A stretch of DNA of 64,000 bases from Nymphaea colorata (Eukaryota): contig NC_045138.2 in the NCBI RefSeq assembly GCF_008831285.2, positions 35,774,001 through 35,838,000 of the forward strand, written 5' to 3'. The notes below the pieces were generated by a model that saw only the letters and a program-made list of their open reading frames with translations, ran no database searches and had not been told where the DNA came from. The position numbers and the translations under genes are program-made. The stretch's first letter is position 1; each line of letters begins with the position of its first letter. This document shows, in pieces, positions 15,743-31,640 of the stretch.

Positions 15743-15817
15743 TGGGCTAAGGCTTCTCTACACGAGTAACCGCGGCTGCGTCTGCAAACACAAAAGGCGG
15801 GAGTCGTTTTAGGGTTT
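15743..15817 (+). promoter_or_regulatory. Site II (TGGGCT, 15743-15748) plus telo-box (TTTAGGGTTT, 15808-15817) of RPL30
   Basis: This motif pair is typical of plant ribosomal-protein promoters and lies within 150 nt of the RPL30 ATG. Confidence 0.7.
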
Positions 15818-15892
15818 GGGTCTCTTGGCGTCACTGGGATCATTCGCTTCGGCTTTTCGTTTCCCAGCCTTCTCCCCCTAGGAACGGCGGCC

Positions 15893-18833
15893 ATGGCGTC
15901 CACCAAGAAGGCTGTGAGTCTCTCTCTCTTCCCAACCCTCCTCTCTCTTGGCGGTCTAACCGCGATTTCTCGCATTTCTCCCTTTCCTTTGTTGTCGATC
16001 TGATTGCGGACGTATTTTTGTTTGCCATTCTTTAGAAAAAGACTCACGAGAGCATTAACAATCGACTTGCTCTCGTCATGAAGAGTGGGAAGTACACTCT
16101 TGGTTACAAGACCGTCCTGAGATCTCTCAGAAGCTCCAAAGGTACCCATCTTTTGAGGCCTTCCGGCTGAAATTCGTGGATTGGCTTTTCCTTTTTTTTT
16201 TTTTTTCCTGGTCTCTTTGCGATGAATCTCCAGGTCGAGATTGTTTTCTGAATTTATTTGTTAAACAACTGATCATGAGATACATTTCATGCAAAGGCAT
16301 CTTGCTGCGTAATATGCTCGTGTGCATTTTGTACTTGATAAATCATTCATGATGAAAAGGATGCCCGCCTTCTTGCCCTGCTTCTTTATCGGGGAGGCCA
16401 GGGTTGGGGTGGGCTATATCTTGCTTGTGGTTTATTTTTTTCTTTAATCTGGGCCCTGCGGTTTTCTATTTTTTCAGTGCGGGGGTTTTTATCTCCTGGT
16501 TTTGCTTTTTGTTCACCACTAGAGTTTGTAAACATAGTTAATTTGAAAATAATTATTTTTGATCAGGTCAGTTTCAATAATGTGCGTCCTGTGATGAAAT
16601 GCTATATCATAGGTTGTCCTTGTTACTTTGATGGAATCACTCTTCTAATGCCTTGATAACTGTTTATATACTTCGACAGTGCATCTTGCTTTGTTTGAAT
16701 GTTACTATCATTCAAACTGATGGAACATGTTATGTTGTTGTCGGCAGCAAAATTGATAATCATTTCAAACAACTGCCCGCCTCTCAGGAAGTCTGAGATC
16801 GAGTACTATGCCATGCTTGCAAAAGTTGGCGTACACCATTTCAATGGGAGTAAGTTTATAGATCTGTCGTACTTGCAGACTTAATTTTTTATGCACTTCT
16901 GCATCACTTTTACTCAATATATATTTTGTCGCATCCACTTGTGGTTCTACTGTGTGTCCTTCATTTGAATCATTTCCCTTTTTAATCCGTTTCTAGAGTA
17001 CAGGGTATGTGTTTTTCTACTGCTAATTAAATTTTTTAGTTCTTTATTTATGAATGCACCAAGTTTCATCTGCTATATACTGTTTTTTATGGTTGAGTTT
17101 ATTTCGTAGAGCCTCTATAACCTGTCCTTTGCTGCTATATCTTCGACCTTGCAAATATTGGAGTGTCCAAGTGAACATATATGATTATGTGCTGAATTAA
17201 GCATAAATAGGAAAGTATCGTGTCTTGTATGATCCATGCTTAAAGCTGTATATGCACCTGTCATGGTATCAGTGGAGAAATACAATATACAAACACCTTG
17301 CACCTCCATTTCAGATAAACTATGATTCTGTCACAGAAGAAAAGAGAAGGGAGATTTTTTTATTACTAGAAGTTGACAAAGATAACCACGTTGGATGTTT
17401 AAGATGAAATATTGATAGTGATTATTTTAGGGTTTTGATTTAGGACTTCAGTATATAAGGTTGGCTGGTTTCAATTAACATTATCAGTCTCTGTAACTTG
17501 ACCATTGGACGTTGCAGTAAAAGCTGATGTCTACAAATTTATGGAGGCTAGTAGTTGAAGAATACTTTTATTTGGCAAATGGTTCATGAGTCTTGGTACA
17601 AGTTCATGAGGAAGCCATCTTTGCTGCAGGATCTTGTTCAAGAAAAACTGTATATTTTCAAATATATTGCTGTTGAAGATGTTTACCCATTAGTTGCTTT
17701 CTATACAAGTTGCACTTGGGTGGGAAAAGCAATGGCCTTATGATTACCATGTGTTTTGAAATTGTAATATATTCTATACGTGAAATACGGAATTTTCTTG
17801 TTTCAACAAGTTGACAAAAAATATGTAGTGGACAAGATCCCAGTATTTGTTACAAACATTCATTGGCTCCATTAATTTTGTGAAGCCCTGCTGTCTCTAA
17901 TCATCCAATGTTTATTGCTTTTTTATTATCTCAAAATTGATGAATCAAAACTACAAAATGTGGTAAGTGATAGTTGATTTAAAGGATTCACTGCTACACG
18001 ATCATTTTGGATTTGAATATTTTATATTTTGTAAATTCAAATTGTATTAGAGAATAGACGGGCTATCTCTTACGTATGAAAACATGTAAATGTTATTAAA
18101 AAAATCTAGAAAATGTTAGAATAGCTTGCCTGGCATGTTTGATGTCAACTGACTTTATCTGTACTCGTACAGTCTTAAGTTGTAGCATTTTAGAATGTTA
18201 CAGTGGAAAAGTTATAAGGTTCTTTAGATTTGAGGTAAATAAACATCATACCATGTCTTTTTATGGTAGACACATGTGGGGTTTCTTTGGAATCAATGTA
18301 TCAGTTTAATGTGATGATCTATGGTGAATTTTTTCATTCAAACTCCTGATAGTTGTCCCAAGCTCAATTGTGGTTGAAAAGAACACTGGATGGATTGTCA
18401 CTTTAGCAATAGAATAAAGTTTATATGAGTGATGACACACAAGTTTCAAATATCAAGTCATGGATATTTTTCAAATATATCAAGTGCATGGTTTGTATAG
18501 TTGCCACAAGGGATTGGTTCTGCTATCTGTTGTGTTTACTTGTCAAATTTCGTTATGAATTTTGCACTTGCCAGACATGGACTTTGGTTTTGTTAGTGGG
18601 TAAACGTACCGGATTGATTCCATCTCTTTTTTTTTTTTGGCAGATAACGTGGATTTGGGCACTGCATGTGGAAAATACTTCCGAGTGTGTTGTCTTGGCA
18701 TTACTGATCCAGGTGGGTCTCCGACAATCCATGTTCTTGCGTTTTTTTGTTGTGAATGTGGCTCTGATTTTTGTATTAATATTTGTTTTCAGGCGATTCT
18801 GATATCATTAAAAGCATTCCTGGAGAGCAGTGA
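15893..18833 (+). CDS. RPL30: 60S ribosomal protein L30 (eL30), 112 aa; exons 15893-15913, 16036-16141, 16748-16849, 18644-18712, 18793-18833
   Basis: Translation [35 protein letters not shown]...[19 protein letters not shown]...[14 protein letters not shown]...[19 protein letters not shown] introns, 339 nt. Confidence 0.98.
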
Positions 18834-19404
18834 GTGGAAACAGCAAGTTACTGATATCTCTGTTTTGTAGTTTCAAATGATTTTGGTAGTAACTTAGCGA
18901 ATAGCCTTTATTGTGTTGCTCAGACATAACGAGTGGTTTGTGAAAGAGGAGGAAAAACTTTGTAGCATGTGAACCATTTGATTTTTTTCATATGCATGAA
19001 ATTCTTTATCCTGTTTTTCCGCTTCAGATGTCCCAGCTTTTATGCGTTTTGGTACCTGAAATGGGCTAATTGGATTTTACTATTCAGTGCCCACTATTTC
19101 TGCAAAGGGGATGATCATTTGCATCCTGGGGGTTCACGCACGCTTAAGACTGCCCCTGTCTACGGATTGCAGAAATGTTAAAACGAGTAGTGCATTCTTG
19201 AACCGGGTTTAGCTCTCGAGTGGCGTCGGTCGTCGTTTTCCCTTCACGTACTGTTTCTTACGGCAACAGTGCTTTAATTTGAAGCAGTGGAGGTTGGTGA
19301 TATAGTAACTCAGCCAAAGAGCTGGCCGAACATCCTTGTTTTCATGTTCAGCAAATCCCATATCTCGACTCCATCGGGAGGGTCTGTACCAGGAGCCAGT
19401 CCCT

Positions 19405-19475
19405 ATGATATTTGGTATGTGCGAAAGTTTGTCCCAACCCTCCCCTTCATCGTGCACAGACCAGCAAGGAATGTT
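19405..19475 (-). pseudogene. Frameshifted fragment of an NLR C-terminus
   Basis: Nucleotide match to about 20605-20677. Encodes GEGWDKLSHIPNI versus NLR GEDWDKISHIPNI, with TFLAGLCT (versus TSLTDRCM) in a different frame. Confidence 0.75.
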
Positions 19476-20538
19476 TTTAATGGGTGCACTAAGCTTTCAG
19501 TTGTACCATTAAAAAGAGCTTGAACATAACAGTTGTACCCTAGGTCCATAATCGTGCTGAGACAACCTTGTTTAAATTATTTCTTGAACATTGAAATTCT
19601 TTTCCTTTTACAGATATAAACCAAACAAGAATTTTTGGAAAAAAAAAAGCTCCTATTTTGCACATCAGTCGAACTGACAAATGAAAGCTCTACACATATC
19701 TTACCTGATTTTGCAAGTTAAAACACAAAGAAGTTTTCTTATTTGTAGATTTGACAACTGTTAAAATCCAATTTTCCAAGAGAAATTCATTCTTTTTGTT
19801 GGGCCTTAACGCCACATTGTTCACAACCATAAGTCTGAGAAAAGCCGGAATGCCGGTTTCCAGTCGATCGTGCGGCGATTAGACTCATCGTGCTACAACG
19901 AAAGACCCAATATGGAATATGCAGTATAAACAAATACGGATGTTTTTATAATACAAATGACCCAAGGGCGTTCTGTGGTTAATGAGTTGCCCGTGCACGC
20001 AGTCGAAAAAGGGAGAGAAAAGTTCAAACAATTCGATGACAGAAATTTCTTACCCACAACAAAAATTGCAAATAATTTAACACGGCCAAAAGTGTTTTCG
20101 ACAGGGAACAAAACAAACCACCAGCTTCTGCCAAAGTTCATAAAAGTAGCTTCCTGCTTTGACTGCATGCCTTTTAGAGATCTATTGTTCGTCGACTTTA
20201 CACTCAAACTAGGAAATAGGATTAGGCCAGGGCCCCAGGCAAAGCCTAATCAAATATGTAATCAGATATTCACAAAATAAAAGCGTGAACTATGTAATGA
20301 AGAATTTTTCACGAGAACTTCCCGTTGTACCCAACCGAGGGCAAAGAAGCATGCCATACAATGCCAAGGAGAAAGTGAAAAACATGAAACAAATACCATT
20401 CTTGATGGGAGGGAAACCAGTCACGATAAAACAAAAGCAGAAAGCTAATAGTTAAGAAGCTAGAACATACATGATCGGAAAACGAGGAAACGGCTTGACA
20501 TACCAACGGATACAAAATAAACAAAAATCTTCTGATGA

Positions 20539-23500
20539 TCATTCATCTATATCCTCACCCTTGTTGAACTGTTCAGACTCCCGAATTACGAACTGGCCAA
20601 CTCGGATATTTGGTATGTGCGAAATTTTATCCCAGTCCTCCCCTTTCTCCTTCATGCACCGATCAGTAAGGGATGTTGCGTAGAGACTAATTTGCAGCGA
20701 ATTAAGTTTTGTTAGGCAACGAATACTCTCCGGCAAAGACTCCAAGTTTTCACAGCCCAAGAGGGTTAACTTCTCCAGCCCCCTGAAGCATTGCAGTGCA
20801 GACTCCTCCAGAGACCTTACTTCCCGCGGAATAGAGATTGTCAGTTCTTCAAGTGTCTCGCTCGGAATGTGTCCAAGCACGTTCTGGAGTGCTCTTGGAT
20901 CATGATCTATGCCCATCCTCAATGATTTCAAGTCAGAGAAAGCTGGCATCGTCTCCATGCTAACACAACTTATATCCAAACTCTTCAGTCTTCGTAGGCA
21001 CTGAAATGGGAACTGCTTCAGTTTGGGCAAGGACGTGATGGTCAGATTGAGCAGCATTGGCATTGCTCCGTCCATGTCCAACCACTCCTCCAAGTTTAGA
21101 AATTCTAAAATTTCTAGGGTTTCCAACCTGGGGAAAGCATTTTCAACCGTCCCATAAAATTCATAGCCAATGGATTTAACTGCAGGAAACTCCAACATTT
21201 CTAGGTGCTCAAGTAAAGGAAGCTTCCCCAGAGCTGGTAAATGTTCACAATTGTCGCAATGGAGAAGTTCAAGTTTCACCAGATTACAAAGAGATGAATC
21301 CAGCATCCACTTTGGAAACATAATGCCAGGATAGTTCCATATGGATAGCATTTTAAGGTTGCTGTGAGGTCGGAGGCAGTCAAAGATACTTTTAGTCCCC
21401 TTTCCGTCTGCATATTCATCAAATGTCCATTGCAGTGTCAAAGACTTCAATTTTGGCTTCTCACAGATTTGAGATTCAATGGCTTCTCTTTGGTTACGCA
21501 CTTTCTCCAAGTTCGTTATTGACAGGTGCCCGCCGATAGAGTTTAGATTCTGAAGCTCTCCAATTCTGTGGCCATCTTCATCTTGCACGATGAAATGACC
21601 CAGTGTCTCGAGGCGACTTAACTGACCAATGTGTTTTGGCAACCATCCCAAACTCTCGGTACCACCAAGTTTAAGATGCTTCAAGCTTAAAAGCTGGGGT
21701 AAATCACAAGGCAGGTTTTGAAGCTCATAACACCCTTCTGCATCTAAGGTTTGCAAATGGAGCAAAGGACCAAAAGTTTTAGGTAACCAAGCAATGTCTG
21801 AATAGCAGAGGAAAATGTGCCTCAGGCGCCTTAATTTCCGTACTGATTCTGGTAGATTGTGAATTTGAGAGTCACTCATGTCCAACACCCTTAAGCTGTC
21901 AACTCTGTCGAACAGGTCAGGAGGCAGTACAAGACGCCTCGCCGTCTGTAGCTTGAACGTGCGGAGATTCTTGGCACGATGAAGGGCCTTCCGAATGGAT
22001 AATGCTACGTCTTTGGCAGAGTTGAACTCTTTACAGATGAGAAATGCATGACGTGCTTCGTCAGGGATCTCATCTAATCTCTCGTTCTTGCATATTGAGC
22101 TGAAGCCGTCAGACCCTGCAACAAATCGAGCAAGGACATAGGCTAGCTCATGCATTTCATCACTCCTGGTCTGCCCATGCTTAGCCTTGTAAAAGACGCC
22201 CAACAAAGATTTATCAACAAGATCATCGAAATATTGTCCAGCAACTTCCATCATCTCTTTCTGTCCTCTGCGAAGGATAAACCCCTCTGCGACCCATATT
22301 TTTGCCAAATCACTGCAAGAAATACTGCGGTCCTTGGGAAACATGGAACAATAAGAAAAGCATCTTTTTAAAGTGACGTTCAAGTCATAATAGCTCAGCA
22401 ACAGATCTGGAAGGACTCTTTTGTTGACAAATGGCAAATCGAAAATTTCACTTTGCAAGACACGCTTCCATTGGCACTTTCTTTTCTTTGTGCGCATCAT
22501 GTTACTCACAGTTTTCACCAAAAGGGGTATCCCTTTGCACTTCTTCACAATTTTCCTTCCAATTGGTTCAAATGTGAAAAGATCTTCCTTGCACATTCCT
22601 GTGAATGCTCTACGGGCAAAGATTAACCAAGCGTCAGCACCTGAGAGGCGGGTCAACCGGTGCAAATGTGTGGCATCCATGGCCAAAGAAACCTTCTCAC
22701 TTCGAGTGGTAACCAGAATCTTGCTTCCCTTCCCGCAGGCTTTGAATGGAAATTTCAGATGCTCCCACTTATCAATGTCTTCATTCCACACATCATCCAA
22801 CACGATCAGCACTCTCTTATTGTTCAAAACTTTACTAAGACGATGCTGCAAGGGATCCAATTCTGTCAAATCAATGTTCTTCCCCGTCGCAGTTTGGATT
22901 AATGCTTTTGTAAGCCTTAGCATATCAAAATCTTGAGACACATACACCCAAAGTCTCTCCTCAAAATGTTGAACTACGCTTTTGTCATTGTAGGCAAGTT
23001 GAGCAACAGTCGTCTTTCCAATTCCGGCCATACCAACAATGGTGATCAATGAAATCTCTTCATTACTTCCTCCTAATAATGACTGCATCACCTTCTCCCT
23101 GTCATCATCCCTGCCAAAAACATCCTCCTCCTCCACATAGGAAGTCGTACAACGGGCTTCCATCTGCAACCTCCTCTCTTCAATAGCCATTTCCCTAAAC
23201 CCAGTTTTCATGCGGACCAAATCATCTAAACTTCCAAGGATGTCCTTTGCCTTCTTCATTATAGAGTGAACCAGAGGGTTCGTTTGATAATTGCAAACAC
23301 TCATCGGAGAATATTCTCTCTTCCGTTTCCCCGTGCTTAGAGAGCGAGTTTGATTGCTAATAAGAGGAGAATACTTGCCGACACTCTCATGCCATTCCTC
23401 CACATCATAGGCAGCATTGACAAGGCCCCTCTTCGTAGAAATAAGAATCTGGGTCGTGCAATCGTCTAGGACATTCTCGATATCGTAAGCAGCATTCTTC

Positions 23501-23694
23501 AACCTTCTCAACCAGTTTCTAGCAGCTTCGTCCTTCATCTGCAGTCGCTCTGCGTCGTCAATGGATGGCTGTAGGGCCAACAGCAAGCTCAGCAACTTTC
23601 TCAGATTTTTCTCAAGGTGAACACCCAACTCGTACCCTTCCCCGATAAATCGCTCCAGATACCGCGCCACCGACAGAACAACGAACTCAGCCAT
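20539..23694 (-). CDS. CC-NB-ARC-LRR disease resistance protein (RGA/RPP13-like CNL), 1051 aa, single coding exon; predicted 5'UTR intron 23730-23937
   Basis: Rx-type CC (WLRRLKNAAYDIENVLDD), P-loop GMAGIGKTT, kinase-2 LIVLDDVW, RNBS-B GSKILVTTR, GLPL-like GIPL, RNBS-D CFSYCSMFP, MHD-like MHE, and LxxLxxLxL LRRs. Confidence 0.96.
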   Translation of the reverse strand: MAEFVVLSVARYLERFIGEGYELGVHLEKNLRKLLSLLLALQPSIDDAERLQMKDEAARNWLRRLKNAAYDIENVLDDCTTQILISTKRGLVNAAYDVEEWHESVGKYSPLISNQTRSLSTGKRKREYSPMSVCNYQTNPLVHSIMKKAKDILGSLDDLVRMKTGFREMAIEERRLQMEARCTTSYVEEEDVFGRDDDREKVMQSLLGGSNEEISLITIVGMAGIGKTTVAQLAYNDKSVVQHFEERLWVYVSQDFDMLRLTKALIQTATGKNIDLTELDPLQHRLSKVLNNKRVLIVLDDVWNEDIDKWEHLKFPFKACGKGSKILVTTRSEKVSLAMDATHLHRLTRLSGADAWLIFARRAFTGMCKEDLFTFEPIGRKIVKKCKGIPLLVKTVSNMMRTKKRKCQWKRVLQSEIFDLPFVNKRVLPDLLLSYYDLNVTLKRCFSYCSMFPKDRSISCSDLAKIWVAEGFILRRGQKEMMEVAGQYFDDLVDKSLLGVFYKAKHGQTRSDEMHELAYVLARFVAGSDGFSSICKNERLDEIPDEARHAFLICKEFNSAKDVALSIRKALHRAKNLRTFKLQTARRLVLPPDLFDRVDSLRVLDMSDSQIHNLPESVRKLRRLRHIFLCYSDIAWLPKTFGPLLHLQTLDAEGCYELQNLPCDLPQLLSLKHLKLGGTESLGWLPKHIGQLSRLETLGHFIVQDEDGHRIGELQNLNSIGGHLSITNLEKVRNQREAIESQICEKPKLKSLTLQWTFDEYADGKGTKSIFDCLRPHSNLKMLSIWNYPGIMFPKWMLDSSLCNLVKLELLHCDNCEHLPALGKLPLLEHLEMLEFPAVKSIGYEFYGTVENAFPRLETLEILEFLNLEEWLDMDGAMPMLLNLTITSLPKLKQFPFQCLRRLKSLDISCVSMETMPAFSDLKSLRMGIDHDPRALQNVLGHIPSETLEELTISIPREVRSLEESALQCFRGLEKLTLLGCENLESLPESIRCLTKLNSLQISLYATSLTDRCMKEKGEDWDKISHIPNIRVGQFVIRESEQFNKGEDIDE

Positions 23695-24748
23695 GTTCTC
23701 CGTCCAGAGATAACCTTCAAGTATACCCTCTGCATGGCAGGAAAGGGGAAAAAAAAAAAGGGAAACGTGAAGAGACGCACAGACATGGACAGATGGACTT
23801 CTAATCGGACGAAATAAGTTTGTCGCTCAAAAAGAAGAAAAAGGAAGGCATTGAAAAGGAGACTGCAACTCGATAAACATGAACTAGACGCATTACTCGG
23901 AAAACATCGTGTAAAGCGAGAGTCGTCGTAAACATACCTTCCCACCAAACTGGTTTATCTAACTACAATGGCAGCAGCCAGCACCAGCAGTGGGCGAACA
24001 GTATATCATCGCATCCAGGACGAACACATCCAAGACGGTGAAAGAAACAGAGGGTTGTCCTTCACCATCTAACGAGCACGGAACAAAGAAGGAAAGAACG
24101 ATGAAAATAAGAGGCGGAAAGTAAACGAAAAGAATTCGGGAAGAAAGAGGGTTTTGGCGCCAAAAGTAATGATCGTCTGATGCAAAGAGTCGGACGGAAA
24201 TGAATCGGCGCGTGTTGACTCGGAGGCGGCGGAGAACGGTCTCCTTTTCTTAAAAATTTCGTTTAAAAAGAAAGATTCGAAGCTGTATAAAAAAAAAAAA
24301 AGTAGATCCTGATTTCAGGAACATAACATGTTAAAAACTATAAATTTACTGTCGGATGGGAGAGCTCCGACTTTAAATTCATCTAACATCCAAAGACTTT
24401 CGTATCACCACGGATCTCAAATCTACAGTCCTCCTAGTTGATCTTTCTTGACAAATCCTGTTTTCACAATATCACCATTTTTTGTCGGTGCCATCAATAT
24501 TCTGGATTGTTAATTTCAGAAGTTTGATTGTGGAATTGATGGAATCAGAAATACAATTTCTGATTCCAAAACCTCGTTATGTTTGTCTAAACAGATCTTT
24601 CTTTTTTAAAGTTTATTTCTGAGCTTGATGAGCATGACAGGAACTAAAACATGGTTGTGAAGTTTGTCAAAGGTCGTGTGTTATTTTTATAAAGGCTGAA
24701 CATTGGTTTCAAAATTTTTTGAAAAGTAGTTAGACATAACTTCTTTTA

Positions 24749-24923
24749 GGATGTGTTTGTTTTATGTGAATCTTATAGATCCTCTCATAGATTTTAAATC
24801 AGACCACCCCTTCATTCATCCGACCTTAAATTTATAGTTTTTAACAAATAAACCAACCTTACTTTCAAAATACACGTTTTTAAGTAGTTTCGAATTTAAA
24901 ATTCAAATCTATCAAACACAACC
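24749..24923. mobile_element. Tourist/PIF-like MITE candidate
   Basis: Ends ggatgtgtttg ... caaacacaacc are imperfectly inverted, with TTA and TAA flanks. Confidence 0.45.
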
Positions 24924-26208
24924 TAAATAAAAAATCAAAATGTAATAAACCACAATAACACCTAAACCCGTTCACACCTTTTGATTCTCTCACTCTCTTC
25001 TCACCATCGTTTTTTTTTTTTTTTTTCAAAGCTCTTCACTATTACTTATTTCCAACGACCGGAGATGATGACGGATCGCCGGATCGGCAGGCGGTGTCTC
25101 CCAAGCGTCGAATGAGGAAACCCAACCCCGGATGAGGTGTATTCCTCTAATTGTTTGGCGTGGACTCCTTTTTTGGCAGCTATTGAAGAAAAAGTAATTG
25201 CCGCCTTTCCTTTTGAACCAGGAAGAACAATATGGCCATCAAAATTTTACCAATTATATAGTTGAGGGAGACAACTTCATTGAAGAAGGGAACTTGTGGA
25301 TCTCGCTTTGAAACAGAATGTCTGCCATTCCTCCACGTCTGCCGGTAGCCAACTTTACTTCAAGGCGAAGAACTTAAAGCTAAGCGTGGAGAGGGGAATG
25401 GAAGAGAGTGAACTGGCATTAGATGACCTACTAAAATCTGATTCCATCCATATGTTCAGAGATTGACAAAATATTAAATCAAGTCCGGACGACCTACAAC
25501 TGCAAGGCGGGCTGGGCTGGGCTACCAGAAATTTCCATTTGATAGAACAAACTCACCGGTATGCCAGGAGGAGGTCATGTGTTCGAAACTTGGAGCTGAT
25601 TACGTTGCCCATCGACAGGCAATGTGTGCGTGGTTTTCTTTTCTGCCCGAACATGCACTACCACGTGCCTTACGATAGGATCCAACTCTAATGAGATGGA
25701 ACCTGCAAGCTGGCCGATGCCTGGTTGTTGGCATTGGCAGCACAAAGTAGAGCATATCGGTAAGGGCAAAAGAAGGGGGTGGGGGTCCTTGTCGGTTTGG
25801 TGCAGTCCCATATAATTGGGTATGAGGTCACGCCGAGAATCCACCATCCAATTCAGATCCCGACCCACATTTTACGTATTACGTTTCCAGGAGTTTAATC
25901 GAGCGGAGCCTAACTAACTCGGGCTCTGCTCTTTTCCTTAGTCCAAGTTGATTTCGAAATTCGAACTCAGCTTCTTTGATTTGATATCGACTTCGAGCGA
26001 GTGAGTGCGAGTCAAGACCAACTCGTTCAACATCCTTCGATTTGACATCCTACCGACCGCGGTCCAGTCTAACCTGGCTCCCGGTGTCGGTAGCAGGTCC
26101 CGAACCACGCCTACCGCGTTGCGTACGTGCGGGGTCGCGCGTGCGAGGACTCCCAGTCCCTGCCCCCTCCTCCTCGTTCAATTGAACGGTTCCTTTGGAC
26201 GCGGTGAG

Positions 26209-26216
26209 TATAAAAA
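26209..26216 (+). promoter_or_regulatory. TATA box of ARF1 (non-coding exon 1 ends 26349; 5'UTR intron 26350-26656)
   Basis: TATAAAAA followed by a pyrimidine-rich leader, donor CGG|GTAAGG, and acceptor ttatag| 10 nt before the ATG. Confidence 0.6.
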
Positions 26217-26609
26217 CGCGGGAGGACCCGGCGTTTCTCTTCCCCAACCATTGCCCTCACGCGCAGCAGCGGCTCCGGGTACGTCCGTCCTTCCGGCTGT
26301 CCGACCGATCCCTCGCGATCCGACTCGCCGGCATCCTCGAGTTTGCCGGGTAAGGCATCCGATCTCTCTATCCTGGGCTCTCTTTTATCATGATTGTCTC
26401 CATTCCCTTCCACGCCGAAAAGATTCAGCGAATTCTACGCTTCAAAAGGTCTTCTCATTCGTTAGCAACGCGGATCTCGATGGATCTGTCGTAGTTTCTC
26501 CATTTCACGGAATTTCTATGCATATTTACCGTCATCGAGGAAGATGCGGAACGGAACTAGGTTTTGCATGTTTTTTTTTCCTTTTTCTGTCTGCATTCTG
26601 CGAGATTGA

Positions 26610-31006
<4,397 letters not shown>

Positions 31007-31540
31007 CCGGAAGCATTGTAGATGACAGTCTTCAGACAACTTTTTCTGGCATCCTTAGCTTATCATTTCATGTTTCCCCGTCGATTCTGTTATTTACTGG
31101 TTTTGTTAAGAAAGAAACTCAATTATATTAATGAAATTGATTTGTGTGGATTGACTTGATATATCTTGATCTATATGAGGGAATTCCTTTGCCTGCTGTT
31201 GGTACCTGGTACTTTATGGGCTATAAAAAGTTTGTTGTCCCACGTCATGAGTCCACTATTCTTTGATGTTTGTTTGGAATGATGCTGCTTGGCTATAACT
31301 TGTCTTTTTCCTGTCGTTGGTTTTTCGATGGAACAGTCTGAAAGACGTTCTCAACTGCCGAGCAAAGAATGAAAAAAACAAGTGTTACAGGGTGGCTTTG
31401 TGAGGACATATTGTGTACAGGATGTTTGGCTCTGCATAGACAACAGATAGGACATAATAATTACGTGGTTCGGTTCAAGTTCGAGCTCAACGTCCATCAT
31501 GGAAATGCCCGGTGACACTCGATTCCTTGAGGGGGAGCAG

Positions 31541-31640
31541 CTGCTTTTTCTTTTACACTCATGATCATAGTGAATTCAAGAGTCGCACAAGCTGCATTTT
31601 CTTTACAGTCATGATCACAGTGAATACAAGAGTCGGTCAA
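31541..31640. repeat. Imperfect ~50-bp tandem duplication
   Basis: ttttacactcatgatcatagtgaattcaagagtcg versus tttacagtcatgatcacagtgaatacaagagtcg. Confidence 0.75.

Noticed and set aside
16374..16385. TGCCCTGCTTCT matches part of a miR164 complementary site
   Set aside because: Only ~12 nt, intronic, and the flanks do not match.
16591..16721. GTGATGA...CTGA as a C/D snoRNA in RPL30 intron 2 (also GTGATGA at 18311 and 18429 in intron 3)
   Set aside because: No proper terminal stem or recognisable rRNA guide. The CTGA sits where the branch point is expected, and the other sites lack a suitably spaced D box.
25318..25467. Exon-like open frame (NVCHSSTSAG...DSIHMFRD*) between the NLR and ARF1
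   Set aside because: No recognisable homology and no supportable upstream exon or start.
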